NCBI GenBank assembly: GCA_038245785.1
Contig: JBBRSB010000004.1
Location: 96,001 to 160,000 of the forward strand
Origin: Gloeobacterales cyanobacterium
GTDB taxonomy: Bacteria; Cyanobacteriota; Cyanobacteriia; Gloeobacterales; PMM-0068
Length of the DNA: 64,000 nt
Direction of reading: 5' to 3'
The notes beneath the pieces were generated by a model. It saw nothing but the letters and a program-made list of their open reading frames with translations. It searched no databases and was not told the origin of the DNA. The stretch's first letter is position 1. Each line of letters begins with the position of its first letter. Of this stretch, positions 29,861 through 41,229 are shown piece after piece. A program made the translations under genes and the position numbers.

Positions 29861-31960
29861 ATGTCCAAGTTTCTCCTCAAGTCTCTCATTTCTCACATCA
29901 TGGGCAAAGTTTCCTTACGCACGGTCTTGGTTGTTCCTTTTGTTCTTCAAACACTTTTCGCTGTGGGTTTAGTAGGCTATCTTTCCTTCAAGAATGGTCA
30001 GCAGGCTATAAATGACCTAGCCACTCGCTTGGAAGAGGAAACCAGCAATAGAATCCAACAAAAACTTGACAGCTACTTGGCAATTCCTCAACAGATAAAC
30101 CAGATTAATTCCAAGGCAATTGAATTAGGTATTCTAAACTTGAATGACCTTGAAAAGATGGGTAAATTTTTCCATAGTCAGATAAGGACTTTCAACGTTG
30201 GCTATATTAATTATGGGAACGAAACAGAAGAATTTATTGGAATTGAGCGTCTAGATAACAATAAAATACTAATCAATGAGACTAAGCGAAATTCCACTAA
30301 AATCATGTCTATCTACAATACAGATAACAGGGGGAATCGAACAGGCTTAAAGGAGGTTACGCCGAACACCTCTATTAGAACAGAGGGTTGGTATGCAGAC
30401 GCTGTCAAGGCAGGACATCCTGTCTGGAGCAAAATTTATACATGGAGTGATAAGCCAGACGTTCTATCTATTTCTTCCAGCTACCCACTTTATGACCACA
30501 ACCACAAAATTTTTGGAGTGATCGGGGTAGACTTAATCCTTTCTCAAATCGATAATTTTCTAGAAAGCTTGGTTTTCTCTCCTGCCAGTCGAATTCTTAT
30601 TCTAGAGCGAGATGGTTCCTTGGTAGCATATTCAGGCAGAAAAGATCCTTTCACGATAACAAATAAAAAAGCTTCTAGAATTCATATTAACAAGATTAAT
30701 GACCCACAAATTCAGTATGTGTCTAACTATTTGGACAAGAATTTTGGCAGTCTTAAAGCAATAAGGACAAGTCAAAATATTACGGTTGACACCTTGGGAG
30801 AACGTCAATTTGTTCATGTAACTCCATGGCGAGATGCCTTTGGTTTGGATTGGTTGGTTGTAGTGATAGTTCCTGAAGCTGATTTCATGGAGCAAATCAA
30901 CTCTAGAACAGGCATTACCTTCCTATTTTGTTTAGGAACATTGATTGTATGTACCGTCTTAGGAATCTTGGCAGCTCGGTTGATCACAGAGCCTCTTTTG
31001 AATATGACCCAGGCGGCACAAGAAATTGCAGACGGTAAGTTTGAGCAACAGATTGTTACTAAAGAAATCATCGAACTAGATACCTTAGCTCAATCTTTTA
31101 ATCGGATGAGTGAACAACTAAAAGGCTCTTTTGAAGAATTAGAACTGAGAGTTGAACAGAGAACAGCTGCCCTGATGGAGGCGAAAGAGGGTGCTGAAGC
31201 TGCTAATAAAGCTAAAAGTGAATTTCTAGCTACCATCAGTCATGAGATTCGGACTCCCATGAATGGAGTGATGGGCATAGCAGAATTACTCATGGAAACT
31301 AACCTAGATGATGAACAAAGGGAATATGTCAAAATTATCAATAGCAGTAGTGAAATTCTATTGACCCTTATCAATGACATTCTCAATTTTTCGAAAATAG
31401 AATCTGGTCAGTTGAAATTGGAAGAACGTTCTTTCAGCTTACATGAATGCATCTTAGGAACGGTGAATTTATTTATTCTCCAAGCTAAAGAGAAAAATTT
31501 AAAGTTACAGTGTGAGATTGACCCAGAAGTTCCTAAAAGAATTCTTGGAGATATTGCCCGGCTACGACAAGTTTTGATCAATCTACTTGGCAATGCCCTA
31601 AAGTTCACCTCTGATGGTGAAATTTTATTGAAGGTTACCTTTGATCAGGCTCAGCAACTGATTCAATTTGCACTTCGAGATACAGGCATTGGTATTCCAG
31701 TAGAGGGGATGGAATACCTCTTTAAGTCGTTCAGTCAGCTAGACGCTTCTACCACGCGCAAGTATGGCGGTACTGGTCTGGGCTTGGTCATCTGTCAGCG
31801 TCTATGTACGCTGATGGGAGGAACGATTTGGGTCGAGAGTGAGCCGAATAAAGGCTCAACCTTCTTTTTCACGATCAAGGCAAAGGTAATTCGGAGGATC
31901 ACTATAGGTCGCCCGTACGAACAAGCAATTCGGGATGAGACGGTAGAGCAAAAGGTTTGA
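29861..31960 (+). CDS. Sensor histidine kinase (Cache-HAMP-HisKA-HATPase), no receiver
   Basis: Two TMs, [32 protein letters not shown]. Confidence 0.92.
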   Translation: MSKFLLKSLISHIMGKVSLRTVLVVPFVLQTLFAVGLVGYLSFKNGQQAINDLATRLEEETSNRIQQKLDSYLAIPQQINQINSKAIELGILNLNDLEKMGKFFHSQIRTFNVGYINYGNETEEFIGIERLDNNKILINETKRNSTKIMSIYNTDNRGNRTGLKEVTPNTSIRTEGWYADAVKAGHPVWSKIYTWSDKPDVLSISSSYPLYDHNHKIFGVIGVDLILSQIDNFLESLVFSPASRILILERDGSLVAYSGRKDPFTITNKKASRIHINKINDPQIQYVSNYLDKNFGSLKAIRTSQNITVDTLGERQFVHVTPWRDAFGLDWLVVVIVPEADFMEQINSRTGITFLFCLGTLIVCTVLGILAARLITEPLLNMTQAAQEIADGKFEQQIVTKEIIELDTLAQSFNRMSEQLKGSFEELELRVEQRTAALMEAKEGAEAANKAKSEFLATISHEIRTPMNGVMGIAELLMETNLDDEQREYVKIINSSSEILLTLINDILNFSKIESGQLKLEERSFSLHECILGTVNLFILQAKEKNLKLQCEIDPEVPKRILGDIARLRQVLINLLGNALKFTSDGEILLKVTFDQAQQLIQFALRDTGIGIPVEGMEYLFKSFSQLDASTTRKYGGTGLGLVICQRLCTLMGGTIWVESEPNKGSTFFFTIKAKVIRRITIGRPYEQAIRDETVEQKV

Positions 31961-31967
31961 GCAATAG

Positions 31968-32891
31968 TTATCTGTAGTTCATAACTAAAAGCTCATTCAG
32001 CTGACCTCGTTTCTTTGCATCACAATTAATCATTCGACTTGCTCTGACTCGCTCGATTCTATACCCCTGATAGGCTTGCTCAAAGAAATTATCATTCGGG
32101 TCATTATTCTTTGGGTCAGAATTACTAAGCATGAGCTGGGCACCTTTTTGGTCGAGCTTTTGAAAGAAAGAAGCAAGGTCAAGCTGGGCTTGGTCATCAA
32201 AATTAAAATTGGAATAGGTCGTAAAACTTGAGGTGCTGCTAATAGGGCGATAAGGGGGGTCAAAATAGACAAAAGTATGCTCATCTACAAAGGTTTCACA
32301 ACTTTGAAAGCTGCCCCAGATAATCTCAGTATTTTGAAGGAGCTTAGAAATTTTGCGGAGATTGTCCATAGCACAAATTTTTGGATTTTTGTAACGGCCA
32401 AAAGGGACATTAAATCCAGCGTTTGCATTTACACGGAAAAGTCCATTAAAACAGGTTCGATTAAGAAAGATAAGTTGCGCTGTGCGGGTTATCCAATCTG
32501 AATCAAACTTAGAAAAATCAATTTTTGGTCGCTTGGCATTAAATTGAGCGCGAGTTTCATAGAAAAAGCTCTTTTGTTCTTCCCCGTTGAGTTGATAATA
32601 GGTATGTTGTATCTCAGTTAATACCTCAATTACGCTATCCACCTCTGCACATAGGGTCTGATAGGCAAGCACCAATTCTTCATTGATATCTGAAATAAAG
32701 CATTTCTCAACTTTATAGGTTTGTACAATATGAAAAAAGACGGCACCACTGCCAACAAAGGGTTCAACATAATTCTTGACTTTGCCTAGCTTCAATTCCT
32801 GGGGGAAAAAGTGGCTCATCTGTTCTATCAGCTGACCTTTCCCTCCAGCCCACTTTAGGAATGGTTTTGCCTGAACCATTCGCGTATCCAT
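31968..32891 (-). CDS. Dam-family (D12) DNA adenine methyltransferase, orphan
   Basis: FLKWAGGK, EPFVGSG, FNGLFRVN, DPPY. Confidence 0.9.
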   Translation of the reverse strand: MDTRMVQAKPFLKWAGGKGQLIEQMSHFFPQELKLGKVKNYVEPFVGSGAVFFHIVQTYKVEKCFISDINEELVLAYQTLCAEVDSVIEVLTEIQHTYYQLNGEEQKSFFYETRAQFNAKRPKIDFSKFDSDWITRTAQLIFLNRTCFNGLFRVNANAGFNVPFGRYKNPKICAMDNLRKISKLLQNTEIIWGSFQSCETFVDEHTFVYFDPPYRPISSTSSFTTYSNFNFDDQAQLDLASFFQKLDQKGAQLMLSNSDPKNNDPNDNFFEQAYQGYRIERVRASRMINCDAKKRGQLNELLVMNYR

Positions 32892-32893
32892 TA

Positions 32894-33178
32894 TTAATGA
32901 GTCCGAGCCTGTTTAATCATCGCGATTAAGCGATGGTGAGCATCTTCCGCATCTTGCAAAGCAGGTTCAAACTGAATGCGCACAGGAATCAAGGTCCCAT
33001 CTGCTTTGGCCGTCAAGTTCATTCCGTCTGCATCAATCGACAACATTTCAGCATCGGTAGCGTTAATCACACCACCAAAAGCTTTTGCATAGAGTGTGAC
33101 AGCATCACTGTGGTCCTCGTTCACATGCTTGCAGATACGTTCACTCACTGCAGCAGAAAATGAGTCAGTCATAAGCAC
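32894..33178 (-). CDS. DUF2470 domain protein
   Basis: RICKHVNEDHSDA...MLSIDADGM...HHRLIAM. Confidence 0.82.
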   Translation of the reverse strand: MLMTDSFSAAVSERICKHVNEDHSDAVTLYAKAFGGVINATDAEMLSIDADGMNLTAKADGTLIPVRIQFEPALQDAEDAHHRLIAMIKQARTH

Positions 33179-33227
33179 TCCCTAGATAATGTACCGTCGA
33201 TATTGAGCAGCACAGTCGCCTATTAGT

Positions 33228-34013
33228 TTACACAGGTAATTTGAACAGTCGTCGAGCATTATTGGTGGTGTAGGCTGCTAAGTCTTCCATTTCTTCTCCG
33301 CGCAATTGGGCGACGCCTGCGGCCACATAGACAACAAAAGCGGGTTCATTACGTTTGCCGCGATGGGGAGGAGGCGCTAAAAACGGACAGTCCGTTTCCA
33401 CCAACAGTCTCTCACACGGAACAATGCGCACGGATTCATGGACAGTCGTTGCATTCTTGAACGTCGCTACCCCACTGAAGCTAACGTGCATTCCCAAGTC
33501 TAGGAACCATTGGGTTTCCTCTGGAGTGCCTGCCCAGCAGTGCATGACGCCTCGAACAGGTCCCTCTTCTTGGAGGATTTTGCGGGTAACTTCCGCCGCC
33601 TCACGGCAATGAATAATCAAGGGCAAATCATGCTCTTGCGCGGTACGAATCTGACTGCGAAAGGAATGCGCTTGGTCTTCGACATTGGTTGCTTTGAACA
33701 AATCCATGCCTGTTTCCCCAATTGCCACCACCCGAGGGTCTGAAGTACTTTGTTGATTAATTTGCTTGCCTAATTCCGGGTCCCAGGTGTTCACATGGAG
33801 GGGATGAAGCCCGGTCGAAATGAAAACTTCAGGGAATTGGTCAGCAATCTTTTGGAGTGAAGCAAATTCCTGCGGTTCACAGCAGGCATGCACCAACTGC
33901 ACCACACCCGCTTCCCGCCAGCGCGCTCCAACGGCCTCTAAATCGGCAGTGAAGTTTTCGAAGTTGACGTGGCAATGGGTATCAATGAGAGGCATAGCGC
34001 TATGTGCAGACAT
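33228..34013 (-). CDS. tatD: TatD family DNase
   Basis: DTHCH, AIGETG, IIHCR, HCW, ETDCPFL; start adjusted. Confidence 0.92.
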   Translation of the reverse strand: MSAHSAMPLIDTHCHVNFENFTADLEAVGARWREAGVVQLVHACCEPQEFASLQKIADQFPEVFISTGLHPLHVNTWDPELGKQINQQSTSDPRVVAIGETGMDLFKATNVEDQAHSFRSQIRTAQEHDLPLIIHCREAAEVTRKILQEEGPVRGVMHCWAGTPEETQWFLDLGMHVSFSGVATFKNATTVHESVRIVPCERLLVETDCPFLAPPPHRGKRNEPAFVVYVAAGVAQLRGEEMEDLAAYTTNNARRLFKLPV

Positions 34014-34070
34014 AGTTCCATAGTACAAGGGAGTGCTATGACATCTGCCTGTTCGGCCTCCCAACTTCCT

Positions 34071-34549
34071 CTAAATTTCTACGTCGAATGCTTTTTCTAA
34101 ACGATTAGTTGTACCTTTTGCCTCTTCGAGTAAGTCATTCCAATCATCTGGAGGGTGACCACTTTCAAGCGTTTTCTTAAAAACTTGATAAGCATCTGTA
34201 TTACTTTCATAGGCCCGCTTAGAGTTTTCATCGTTAAACCAGGCGAAGACGATAATCTTGCTCTCAGTCGGTACTGCTGAAAAAACTTAGCTCTAAACCA
34301 GTGTTTGTAACCATCTCCAAGGGTTGTGCCCTGACGATAATTACTACGTGTTGGGTCTTGAGGTACAACATCAAAAGCCAACTTTGCTACGGCAGCTAGA
34401 CACTTTGTGACGTTTTTCTTCTTGTAGTCTTTAGGAGACTTCTGACGCAAATGTTCAACCTGCATCAGAAGTTCTTGAAGCTGGTTAAGAAAGAGAGCAT
34501 GTCCAAATATGTTCCACCCATTAATCACTAGCGGCTGATTTGCAGACAA
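34071..34549 (-). pseudogene. yhaV: YhaV toxin, frameshifted
   Basis: KHWFRAKFFQQYRL, then the frame changes near 34265 to ESKIIVFAWFNDENSKRAYES...GHPPDDW. Confidence 0.82.
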
Positions 34550-34551
34550 AC

Positions 34552-34884
34552 TTATTCATCCTCGTCTGAGAGCGGTGCATCAAGATCAACTTCGATTCCA
34601 GCGACCAAGGACTGAGCACGGCTTACTAAATCAGCGCTAATCGCTTTTAAGTGCTGAGGATTCTTTTCGATATCTCGGGCAAGAAAATTCAGAAACTGCC
34701 CTAGTATCGGATCACCCTCTGTCTGTTCAGCACGGGAGAGCACCACTTGACCATCGGGCTGGACGGTGTAGCGGATTTTATCACGCTTGTTCAAGCCAAG
34801 AGCTTTGCGAACGGGCTCAGGAACTGTAGTCTGATAACGATCAGTAAGAGTAGATTCTGCGCTTGGAGCTGGTATTGCAGTCAT
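34552..34884 (-). CDS. prlF: PrlF (SohA) antitoxin
   Basis: ESTLTDRYQTTVPEPVRKALGL, DPILGQFLNFLARDI, DLDAPL. Confidence 0.88.
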   Translation of the reverse strand: MTAIPAPSAESTLTDRYQTTVPEPVRKALGLNKRDKIRYTVQPDGQVVLSRAEQTEGDPILGQFLNFLARDIEKNPQHLKAISADLVSRAQSLVAGIEVDLDAPLSDEDE

Positions 34885-34977
34885 AGCAACCTCTAAATCT
34901 GTCAGTTGAACTCTATTCCAAGGGTATTGCATCTTCTTCGTGGTTCTTCGCCTCACTGTTGTAGCTTGAACCCATAC

Positions 34978-35730
34978 CTAAAGTTGATTAATCATCTTGT
35001 GGGTTTGGGGAATGACGCGGACTGAAGTTAATCGTTGACGCAGACGCGTTTGCCAGTCTAAAACTTGCGTCGGGCTTGGGGCTAAGCAACCGCCAAGGGG
35101 CGTTACAGGCTGTAGAACTACAGGAATATCGGCCGAATGTTTCACCAATAAATCTGTGGCCTGATCTAAGTCTGCCAACGTCGTGTCTGCAGTTACGACC
35201 CATTTAGTAATCAGAGGAGCCTTTCCTTGTCCGGCTACTGCCAAAAATGCGTCATGAGCTTGCCATTGAGATTCTCCACAGGAGGAAGGAAGCTTGATAT
35301 CCATAGAAATCCAGCTGAGGTAGGACAAGACCTTGCTTAGTTCTTGAGGGCGATGTCCACCTGTTTCCAGATAGACCGGAAGTGAGACTTTGGGAAGCCA
35401 CGTTTCCAAAAATCGACTTTGGAGCAGAGGTTCTCCTCCCGTCAGACTGAGGCTGTGGTGCGGAAAAGTTTGGTTTAGCACTTCTATATGGCGGAGTAGC
35501 TGATCTCCCGAAACAGGATTTACAGCTTCTAGAAAGTCGCGCTGCCCTGACGTCTTTTCAACCCGATAATCGCCATGGACCGCATGGGTATGTGGCGAAT
35601 CGCACCAGGTACATCGGAGATCACAGCCGCCCAAACGAACAAAGAGCTGACGTTCGCCGACGAACACGCCCTCCCCCTGGACAGCAGAGAAAATTTCTAC
35701 AAGATTACCTAAAGAACTGCTTGGAGCCAT
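34978..35730 (-). CDS. queE: 7-carboxy-7-deazaguanine synthase
   Basis: EIFSAVQGEG, CDLRCTWCD, TGGEP, PQTHK. Confidence 0.9.
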   Translation of the reverse strand: MAPSSSLGNLVEIFSAVQGEGVFVGERQLFVRLGGCDLRCTWCDSPHTHAVHGDYRVEKTSGQRDFLEAVNPVSGDQLLRHIEVLNQTFPHHSLSLTGGEPLLQSRFLETWLPKVSLPVYLETGGHRPQELSKVLSYLSWISMDIKLPSSCGESQWQAHDAFLAVAGQGKAPLITKWVVTADTTLADLDQATDLLVKHSADIPVVLQPVTPLGGCLAPSPTQVLDWQTRLRQRLTSVRVIPQTHKMINQL

Positions 35731-35759
35731 GGCCTGAACAAACTGCCTACTCTTCCAGG

Positions 35760-36089
35760 CTACTGCTCTGCAGTGACCTTGGATGCTTCTATAGGTAAGG
35801 AATCAGGGACGGCCAACCGACTACAGGCAATACGCTCGTCTAGAAGTGCGCCCGCATGGTCACAGGTGTAGATATCTAAAGTCGCTTGGGCAACGGCTGT
35901 AAACCCAATCATTTGTGCAGGAAATACCACGCGCTCGAAGTACCAGTTCTCTACGTTGGATATACGTACGATCTGAATTGCCCCGCTGTGGTTGGTATAG
36001 GCACAACCGATAGCCTGCTCAGCATACTCAGGAGGTAGTCCGTCTAGAGTTTGTGACATTTTGTCTGCGGTGGTTATGTTTACTTTCAA
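35760..36089 (-). CDS. DUF1830 domain protein
   Basis: CAYTN..IQIVRISN..NWYFERVVFP. Confidence 0.8.
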   Translation of the reverse strand: MKVNITTADKMSQTLDGLPPEYAEQAIGCAYTNHSGAIQIVRISNVENWYFERVVFPAQMIGFTAVAQATLDIYTCDHAGALLDERIACSRLAVPDSLPIEASKVTAEQ

Positions 36090-36335
36090 AATCTAACACT
36101 CCCAACAGGGTTAAAAAGATACACAAGATACATTCGAAAGAAATTCTTTAGGTTTTTTAAAAGGCCTGGGATCAACGCAGTGAGGGGCTCTCGCTAGGGT
36201 AAACTCTATGCCAATTTTTGTCCATAAAGGTTCGATGAACCTACAAATTAAATTCTTAGGGAGCTATGACAAGGTACTCAAACCTATTACACTGAGGGGC
36301 GATTGGGATGCGTATCAGTCAGAGAGGGATCAGTC

Positions 36336-37379
36336 GTGGAAAAAGTACTAGGCCTAGAAATTATTGAAGTGGTAGAGCAGGCTGCTCTAGCCTCTGCCCG
36401 TCTGATGGGTAAGGGGTTGAAGAACGAAGCCGATGCCGTGGCCGTTGAAGCCATGCGCAACACGATGAACACCGTCCGTATGCGGGGACGGATTGTGATC
36501 GGGGAAGGAGAGCGGGACGAAGCGCCCATGCTCTACATCGGAGAAGAAGTAGGGATCTGTACCCAGCCCAATGCAGCAGACGTCTGCCGTCTGGATGAGC
36601 TTCTCGAAATTGATATTGCGGTGGACCCCTGTGAAGGGACCAATCTAGTAGCCTCCGGAAGCAACAATTCGATGGCCGTATTGGCTATCTCTGAGAAGGG
36701 AGGATTGTTCCATGCACCCGACTTTTATATGCGCAAGCTGGCTGCTCCTCCTCAGGCCAAAGGGAAAGTCCACATAGACTATCCCGCCGAGAAAAACCTC
36801 AAAATTATTGCGGAATGCTTGGACCGAGCGGTTGAGGACCTGTTGGTTATTGTTATGGACCGTCCCCGCCATAAGGATTTGATTGCCGATATCCGGGCAA
36901 CGGGAGCACGGGTCAAACTGATCTCTGACGGAGATATCTCTGCAGCTCTTTCTGCGGTTATCAATGGGACAGGCGTCCATGCCCTGATGGGTATCGGAGC
37001 AGCTCCTGAAGGCGTCATCTCCGCCGCTGCTATTCGTTGCTTGGGTGGACATTTCCAGGGTCGCTTGATTTATGACCCCGCCGAAGTCAACACCCCTGAA
37101 AGCGAGAAATGGACCCGTGAAGGCAATGCGGCCCGTCTCAAGGAAATGGGTGTAGAAAACCCCGATCAAGTCTTTGAAGCAGAAGACCTCGCTTCTGGCG
37201 AAAACGTCCTGTTCGCCGCCACGGGCATCACCGATGGAGACTTCATCAAAGGCGTCCGTTTCTTTGGTGGTGGGGCTCGTACAGAGACGATGGTCATCTC
37301 TAGCCAGTCTTCTACTATTCGCTTTGTAGATACCGTTCACATCCTAGATAAAAAGCAATTTCATTCCTTTGAAATCTAG
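36336..37379 (+). CDS. glpX: Bifunctional FBPase/SBPase class II
   Basis: [35 protein letters not shown] start 36336. Confidence 0.96.
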   Translation: MEKVLGLEIIEVVEQAALASARLMGKGLKNEADAVAVEAMRNTMNTVRMRGRIVIGEGERDEAPMLYIGEEVGICTQPNAADVCRLDELLEIDIAVDPCEGTNLVASGSNNSMAVLAISEKGGLFHAPDFYMRKLAAPPQAKGKVHIDYPAEKNLKIIAECLDRAVEDLLVIVMDRPRHKDLIADIRATGARVKLISDGDISAALSAVINGTGVHALMGIGAAPEGVISAAAIRCLGGHFQGRLIYDPAEVNTPESEKWTREGNAARLKEMGVENPDQVFEAEDLASGENVLFAATGITDGDFIKGVRFFGGGARTETMVISSQSSTIRFVDTVHILDKKQFHSFEI

Positions 37380-37401
37380 TCCAGTTCCTGATTGAATGAT
37401 G

Positions 37402-37427
37402 AGGGTGGTCTTCGGCCACCCTTTTTT
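37402..37427 (+). terminator. Terminator after glpX
   Basis: AGGGTGGTC-TTCG-GCCACCC-TTTTTT (UUCG loop). Confidence 0.85.
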
Positions 37428-38727
37428 AAGGCCTATTTCTGGCTTCTAAAGATTCTCGCGTATCTCTAGAGATGGCACTCAAGCGCACAATCTCTCCATC
37501 TTTTAGCGGTTTGTCACTGTGCATTACAAAAGATTCCCCCGCACTCAAGCCGGAGACGATTTCTACCTGACCGTTAGATTGATTCCCCAGCCGGACCGGC
37601 CGTGTTATCACTTTTGACTGTTCTCCTTGCTGTTGCACAACGAATAAAGACAAGTCCTTATTGGCTACTCTCTGGAGCGCTGTTTCGGGGACTACAATCC
37701 GTTGGGTAGTCTCTTGCATAAAACGGACCCGTGCCAATAACCCATTACCAATGCGTCTTCCTGGATTATCGAGGGTTACTTCTATCGGTACAAGCCGGAC
37801 CGTAGGATCTGCCGTCGCAGAAACACGACTGACTTTTCCGACAAATTCCTGTTGTGCCAGTACATCTAGAATGACCTGAACCGTCTGCCCTACTCGGACT
37901 TTGGGCACTTCCAATTCGGAGACCTGGGTTTTAACGGTTACCTGGCGAAAGTCTCCCAGTTTTAAAATTTCATCTCCGGTGCGCACAACTCTGCCTGTTT
38001 CTACTACTTGCTTGAGGACCACTCCTGTAATTGGGGAAGTGACCGAGGCAAAAGATTGCTGGGCAATAGCTCGTTTCACCCCTTCCTGTTGCGCTTTTAT
38101 CCGGCTATTGGCGGCCACAACGGCTTCTTGTTCCAGCTTTACTTGAGATTGCGCTGAACGTAGCGCCAGTTCTGCGGCGGCTGACCGTGAACGGGCAGCA
38201 TTGGCTAGCCTTGCGGAGATTGCCCCCTCCCGATAAAGCTTAGCGAGACGGATACTGTCGACTCCGTCTTGTTGGAGGGCATTCTGGGCTTGTTCAATCT
38301 GAATACGGGCATTTTCTACTTCATTTTCAGCTCTAGACCGCTCTGATTCTCGGGCGGCCAGCTCTGCCTTGGCTTGGCTTACCGCACTGGCTAGCGAAGC
38401 TCCATCGAGTTGGGCAAGGGACTGACCTTGCTTGACCCGGTCGCCCACTTTGACATTGAGTCGTAGTAGCTGTCCGTCGGCCCGAGCGCGTAGAGGAACC
38501 TCCTCCGCAGGGCCTGTAGAACCGATATACTCCAGTTCCTCGTGTAGCGATTGCGGGCGAGCAATCGCTACATCGACCAAGGTGGCATCCTGGCTTTGAG
38601 CACGTTCTCCCTGCTGCAGGCCGCAGGCTGAAAGGATGACCAACAATCCAGCCAAAACAAGTCTGCGGCTTGTTGCCCGATACAGACGAAATTTGGGAAC
38701 AGTGGTCATAGGTTTACTCCAGGGCAC
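37426..38727 (-). CDS. RND efflux periplasmic adaptor (MFP) lipoprotein
   Basis: Lipobox LSAC, biotinyl-like VGDRVKQGQ, SPITGVV, GLSAGE. Confidence 0.88.
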   Translation of the reverse strand: MPWSKPMTTVPKFRLYRATSRRLVLAGLLVILSACGLQQGERAQSQDATLVDVAIARPQSLHEELEYIGSTGPAEEVPLRARADGQLLRLNVKVGDRVKQGQSLAQLDGASLASAVSQAKAELAARESERSRAENEVENARIQIEQAQNALQQDGVDSIRLAKLYREGAISARLANAARSRSAAAELALRSAQSQVKLEQEAVVAANSRIKAQQEGVKRAIAQQSFASVTSPITGVVLKQVVETGRVVRTGDEILKLGDFRQVTVKTQVSELEVPKVRVGQTVQVILDVLAQQEFVGKVSRVSATADPTVRLVPIEVTLDNPGRRIGNGLLARVRFMQETTQRIVVPETALQRVANKDLSLFVVQQQGEQSKVITRPVRLGNQSNGQVEIVSGLSAGESFVMHSDKPLKDGEIVRLSAISRDTRESLEARNRP

Positions 38728-38759
38728 TCCAAGCGAATATCTACACCCTAACGTGCCTA

Positions 38760-39218
38760 CTACGCTTGGACAATTTTGACAGAGAGAATTTTATCTCCTT
38801 GCTTGATAGCATTCACAACCGTCATATCCTCAGGGTCTACGACTTCACCAAAGACCGTATGGACGCCATCCAGATGGGGCTGGGGACTATGGGTAATGAA
38901 AAACTGGGAACCTCCGGTATCGCGGCCAGCGTGAGCCATACTCAGGGTGCCTATTCCATGCTTATGCGGATTGCCTTTGGTTTCACACTTGATTGTATAT
39001 CCGGGGCCACCGGTTCCTGGCTGTCCCTTTGCGCCCTCACGGGTATTAGGACATCCTCCCTGGACCATAAAGTTAGAAATAACCCGATGGAAGCCCAGGC
39101 CATCATAGAATCCTTCCTGAGCCAGTTTTTCGAAATTAGCTACGGCGATAGGGGCGTCAGCCTCAAAAAGCTGGAGATTAATGGTTCCTTTGTTGGTTTC
39201 CATAACGGCTTTTTTCAT
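38760..39218 (-). CDS. Cyclophilin-type peptidyl-prolyl isomerase
   Basis: [36 protein letters not shown]. Confidence 0.95.
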   Translation of the reverse strand: MKKAVMETNKGTINLQLFEADAPIAVANFEKLAQEGFYDGLGFHRVISNFMVQGGCPNTREGAKGQPGTGGPGYTIKCETKGNPHKHGIGTLSMAHAGRDTGGSQFFITHSPQPHLDGVHTVFGEVVDPEDMTVVNAIKQGDKILSVKIVQA

Positions 39219-39508
39219 GAAGTTATCTTTCCTCTGCGTTGTTTATGGTTGTCCTCACCTGCTTTAGATGAGCGTACAAATCCAGCCTAATTTTAAGGGG
39301 GGATGGACCCCTTCGGACAAGAGTTACTGGGTTTCTCCATATACGGCATGTTGTACAGGAACGTTGGTTGATATCATGCTAAGGATAAAATTTCGTACCT
39401 CATGGGATATATTTTTCACCTCGAATAGAGCATTAGACAGAAATTTTCAAATCATGCTGGCTATACTTTTCACAGCAGCAGCACTTAGGGAGTGGAACAA
39501 CTAACGGC

Positions 39509-40861
39509 ATGGCAGAAGCAACTAAACAAGCTCAGGAAAGCGGCTTTAAGCTACTAGACATGACGGGCTATCAATGGACGGTTCTGTTCGCTGCCTGGCT
39601 GGGCTGGGGCTTTGATATTTTTGATGGCATTCTCTTCAACTATGTCGCCCCCAACTGCGTACCCACCCTCTTGGGGCTGACCATTGGTTCCCCGGAAGCA
39701 AAATCAGCCACCTTATTCTGGACGGGACTGCTCACCTCCATTCTTTTACTCGGTTGGGCGGTAGGAGGGGTGTTATTTGGAAAACTGGCAGACCGCATTG
39801 GGCGGACCAAGACGCTCCTTTTTACGATGCTTCTCTATGCCCTAGGAACGGCGAGCTGCGCCTTTGCGCCTAATATCTGGGTGTTGATGCTGTGCCGAGC
39901 GGTTGCCAGTCTCGGTATTGGCGGGGAGTGGGCTGCCGGAGCTGCGATGGTGGCGGAGGTAGTCCCTGAAAAAAGACGGGTTGAAGCGGGAGCCCTGCTT
40001 TATACCTCTGCTCCTTTTGGCCTCTTTCTAGCCACTTTTGTAAATTTCCAGGTAGCGGGTGTCTTTTTTAAGAGTAGTCCTGAAGTTTCCTGGCGTTATG
40101 TATTTCTCTTTGGCCTCTTACCGGCGGCAATTGCTTTCTTAGTACGTCTCTTTGTTAAAGAACCAGAACGCTGGAAGGAATCTGTCGCTGATACGGTTCC
40201 GCCAACGATTCGCGAATTGTTCAGTCCTCAGAATTTACCTTTAACTTTGAGTGGCTTTCTGATGGCAGTCACCGCATTATTGACGTGGTGGAGCTGTAAC
40301 GCCTTTATCCCTGTGATTTCGACGGGGCTCGCTCAAGCGACAGCAAAAACTCAGGGACTGGATAGAGCGGCAACCTTAGCACTTTCGGAAGGTTGGAAAA
40401 GCCTGGCTACCAACAGTTTTAATCTGGGCGGTCTACTGGGTACTTTTTTAACCATTCCTGCCGCTAAATATCTAGGGCGCAAACCGATGTTCGCTGTCTA
40501 CTTCTTACTTTCAGGGGTGGCACTGCTCGCGACTTTTGGATTGGACTTACCGCCTCAGACCAGACTCTATATGTATTTTCCGATTGGCCTAACGGTATTC
40601 GGAGTTTTTGGTAGTTTTACCTATTATCTGCCAGAGCTTTTCCCCACACGTTTACGCGCAACGGGAGCAGGATTTTGCTATAACATTGGTCGCGTTTTCG
40701 CAGCAGCAGGCCCTTTCTTGGTGGGGGCGATTGCCTCTCAGGGTGCCAACGGACTACAGAGTGCTTTAGGGCTTCTATTTTGGGTAGGATTTGTACCTTT
40801 AGCGGGTTTGCTATTCCTGCCCTGGGTGATTGAGACCAAGAATCAGGTTTTAGTAGACTAG
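39509..40861 (+). CDS. MFS transporter
   Basis: GKLADRIGRTK, GIGGEW, PELFPTRLRATG. Confidence 0.92.
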   Translation: MAEATKQAQESGFKLLDMTGYQWTVLFAAWLGWGFDIFDGILFNYVAPNCVPTLLGLTIGSPEAKSATLFWTGLLTSILLLGWAVGGVLFGKLADRIGRTKTLLFTMLLYALGTASCAFAPNIWVLMLCRAVASLGIGGEWAAGAAMVAEVVPEKRRVEAGALLYTSAPFGLFLATFVNFQVAGVFFKSSPEVSWRYVFLFGLLPAAIAFLVRLFVKEPERWKESVADTVPPTIRELFSPQNLPLTLSGFLMAVTALLTWWSCNAFIPVISTGLAQATAKTQGLDRAATLALSEGWKSLATNSFNLGGLLGTFLTIPAAKYLGRKPMFAVYFLLSGVALLATFGLDLPPQTRLYMYFPIGLTVFGVFGSFTYYLPELFPTRLRATGAGFCYNIGRVFAAAGPFLVGAIASQGANGLQSALGLLFWVGFVPLAGLLFLPWVIETKNQVLVD

Positions 40862-40866
40862 GAAAT

Positions 40867-41229
40867 ATGAACGTTCTATTCCAAAGACCCATCCAAGAAA
40901 TAGGATTTATTGAAAATTTAATCCTGGCGGCCCAGAAAGAAGACCGCTCTTCTCTTGAAACTATTTTCGTAGCCTTCAAAAACTTGGAGTCCCGTCTAGA
41001 CACTGTGATGGCTACTGAATTTGAGGGGAGACTTTTGAGCTATCAGGTAGAAATTTCTAGATTGTGGCAATTGCTCAAGCTGCAACAACAATTTCTCAGA
41101 GCAGCCCGCTCTACAGATGCCCGCAATCAGTGCTTTGCTACCATGCAGAACCATCTAAAAAAGATGAAGTCTTTCTGTGAGGCTTCTGAGTTACTGTTGG
41201 AGCAAACTGCTATGAATCAGTATGACTAA
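40867..41229 (+). CDS. PatD-like helical protein
   Basis: SYQVEISRLWQLL...FLRAAR...FC resembles the recalled PatD C-terminal pattern. Confidence 0.5.
   Translation: MNVLFQRPIQEIGFIENLILAAQKEDRSSLETIFVAFKNLESRLDTVMATEFEGRLLSYQVEISRLWQLLKLQQQFLRAARSTDARNQCFATMQNHLKKMKSFCEASELLLEQTAMNQYD

Noticed and set aside
31968..32891. Dam-like MTase as part of an R-M system
   Set aside because: No adjacent endonuclease; orphan GATC methylases are common in cyanobacteria
8642..33178. Tetrapyrrole gene cluster (hemF, hemE, hemB, DUF2470)
   Set aside because: Spread over 25 kb with unrelated genes between; no operon evidence
39268..39504. 78-aa ORF between cyclophilin and MFS
   Set aside because: Lies in a divergent promoter region; no recognisable motif
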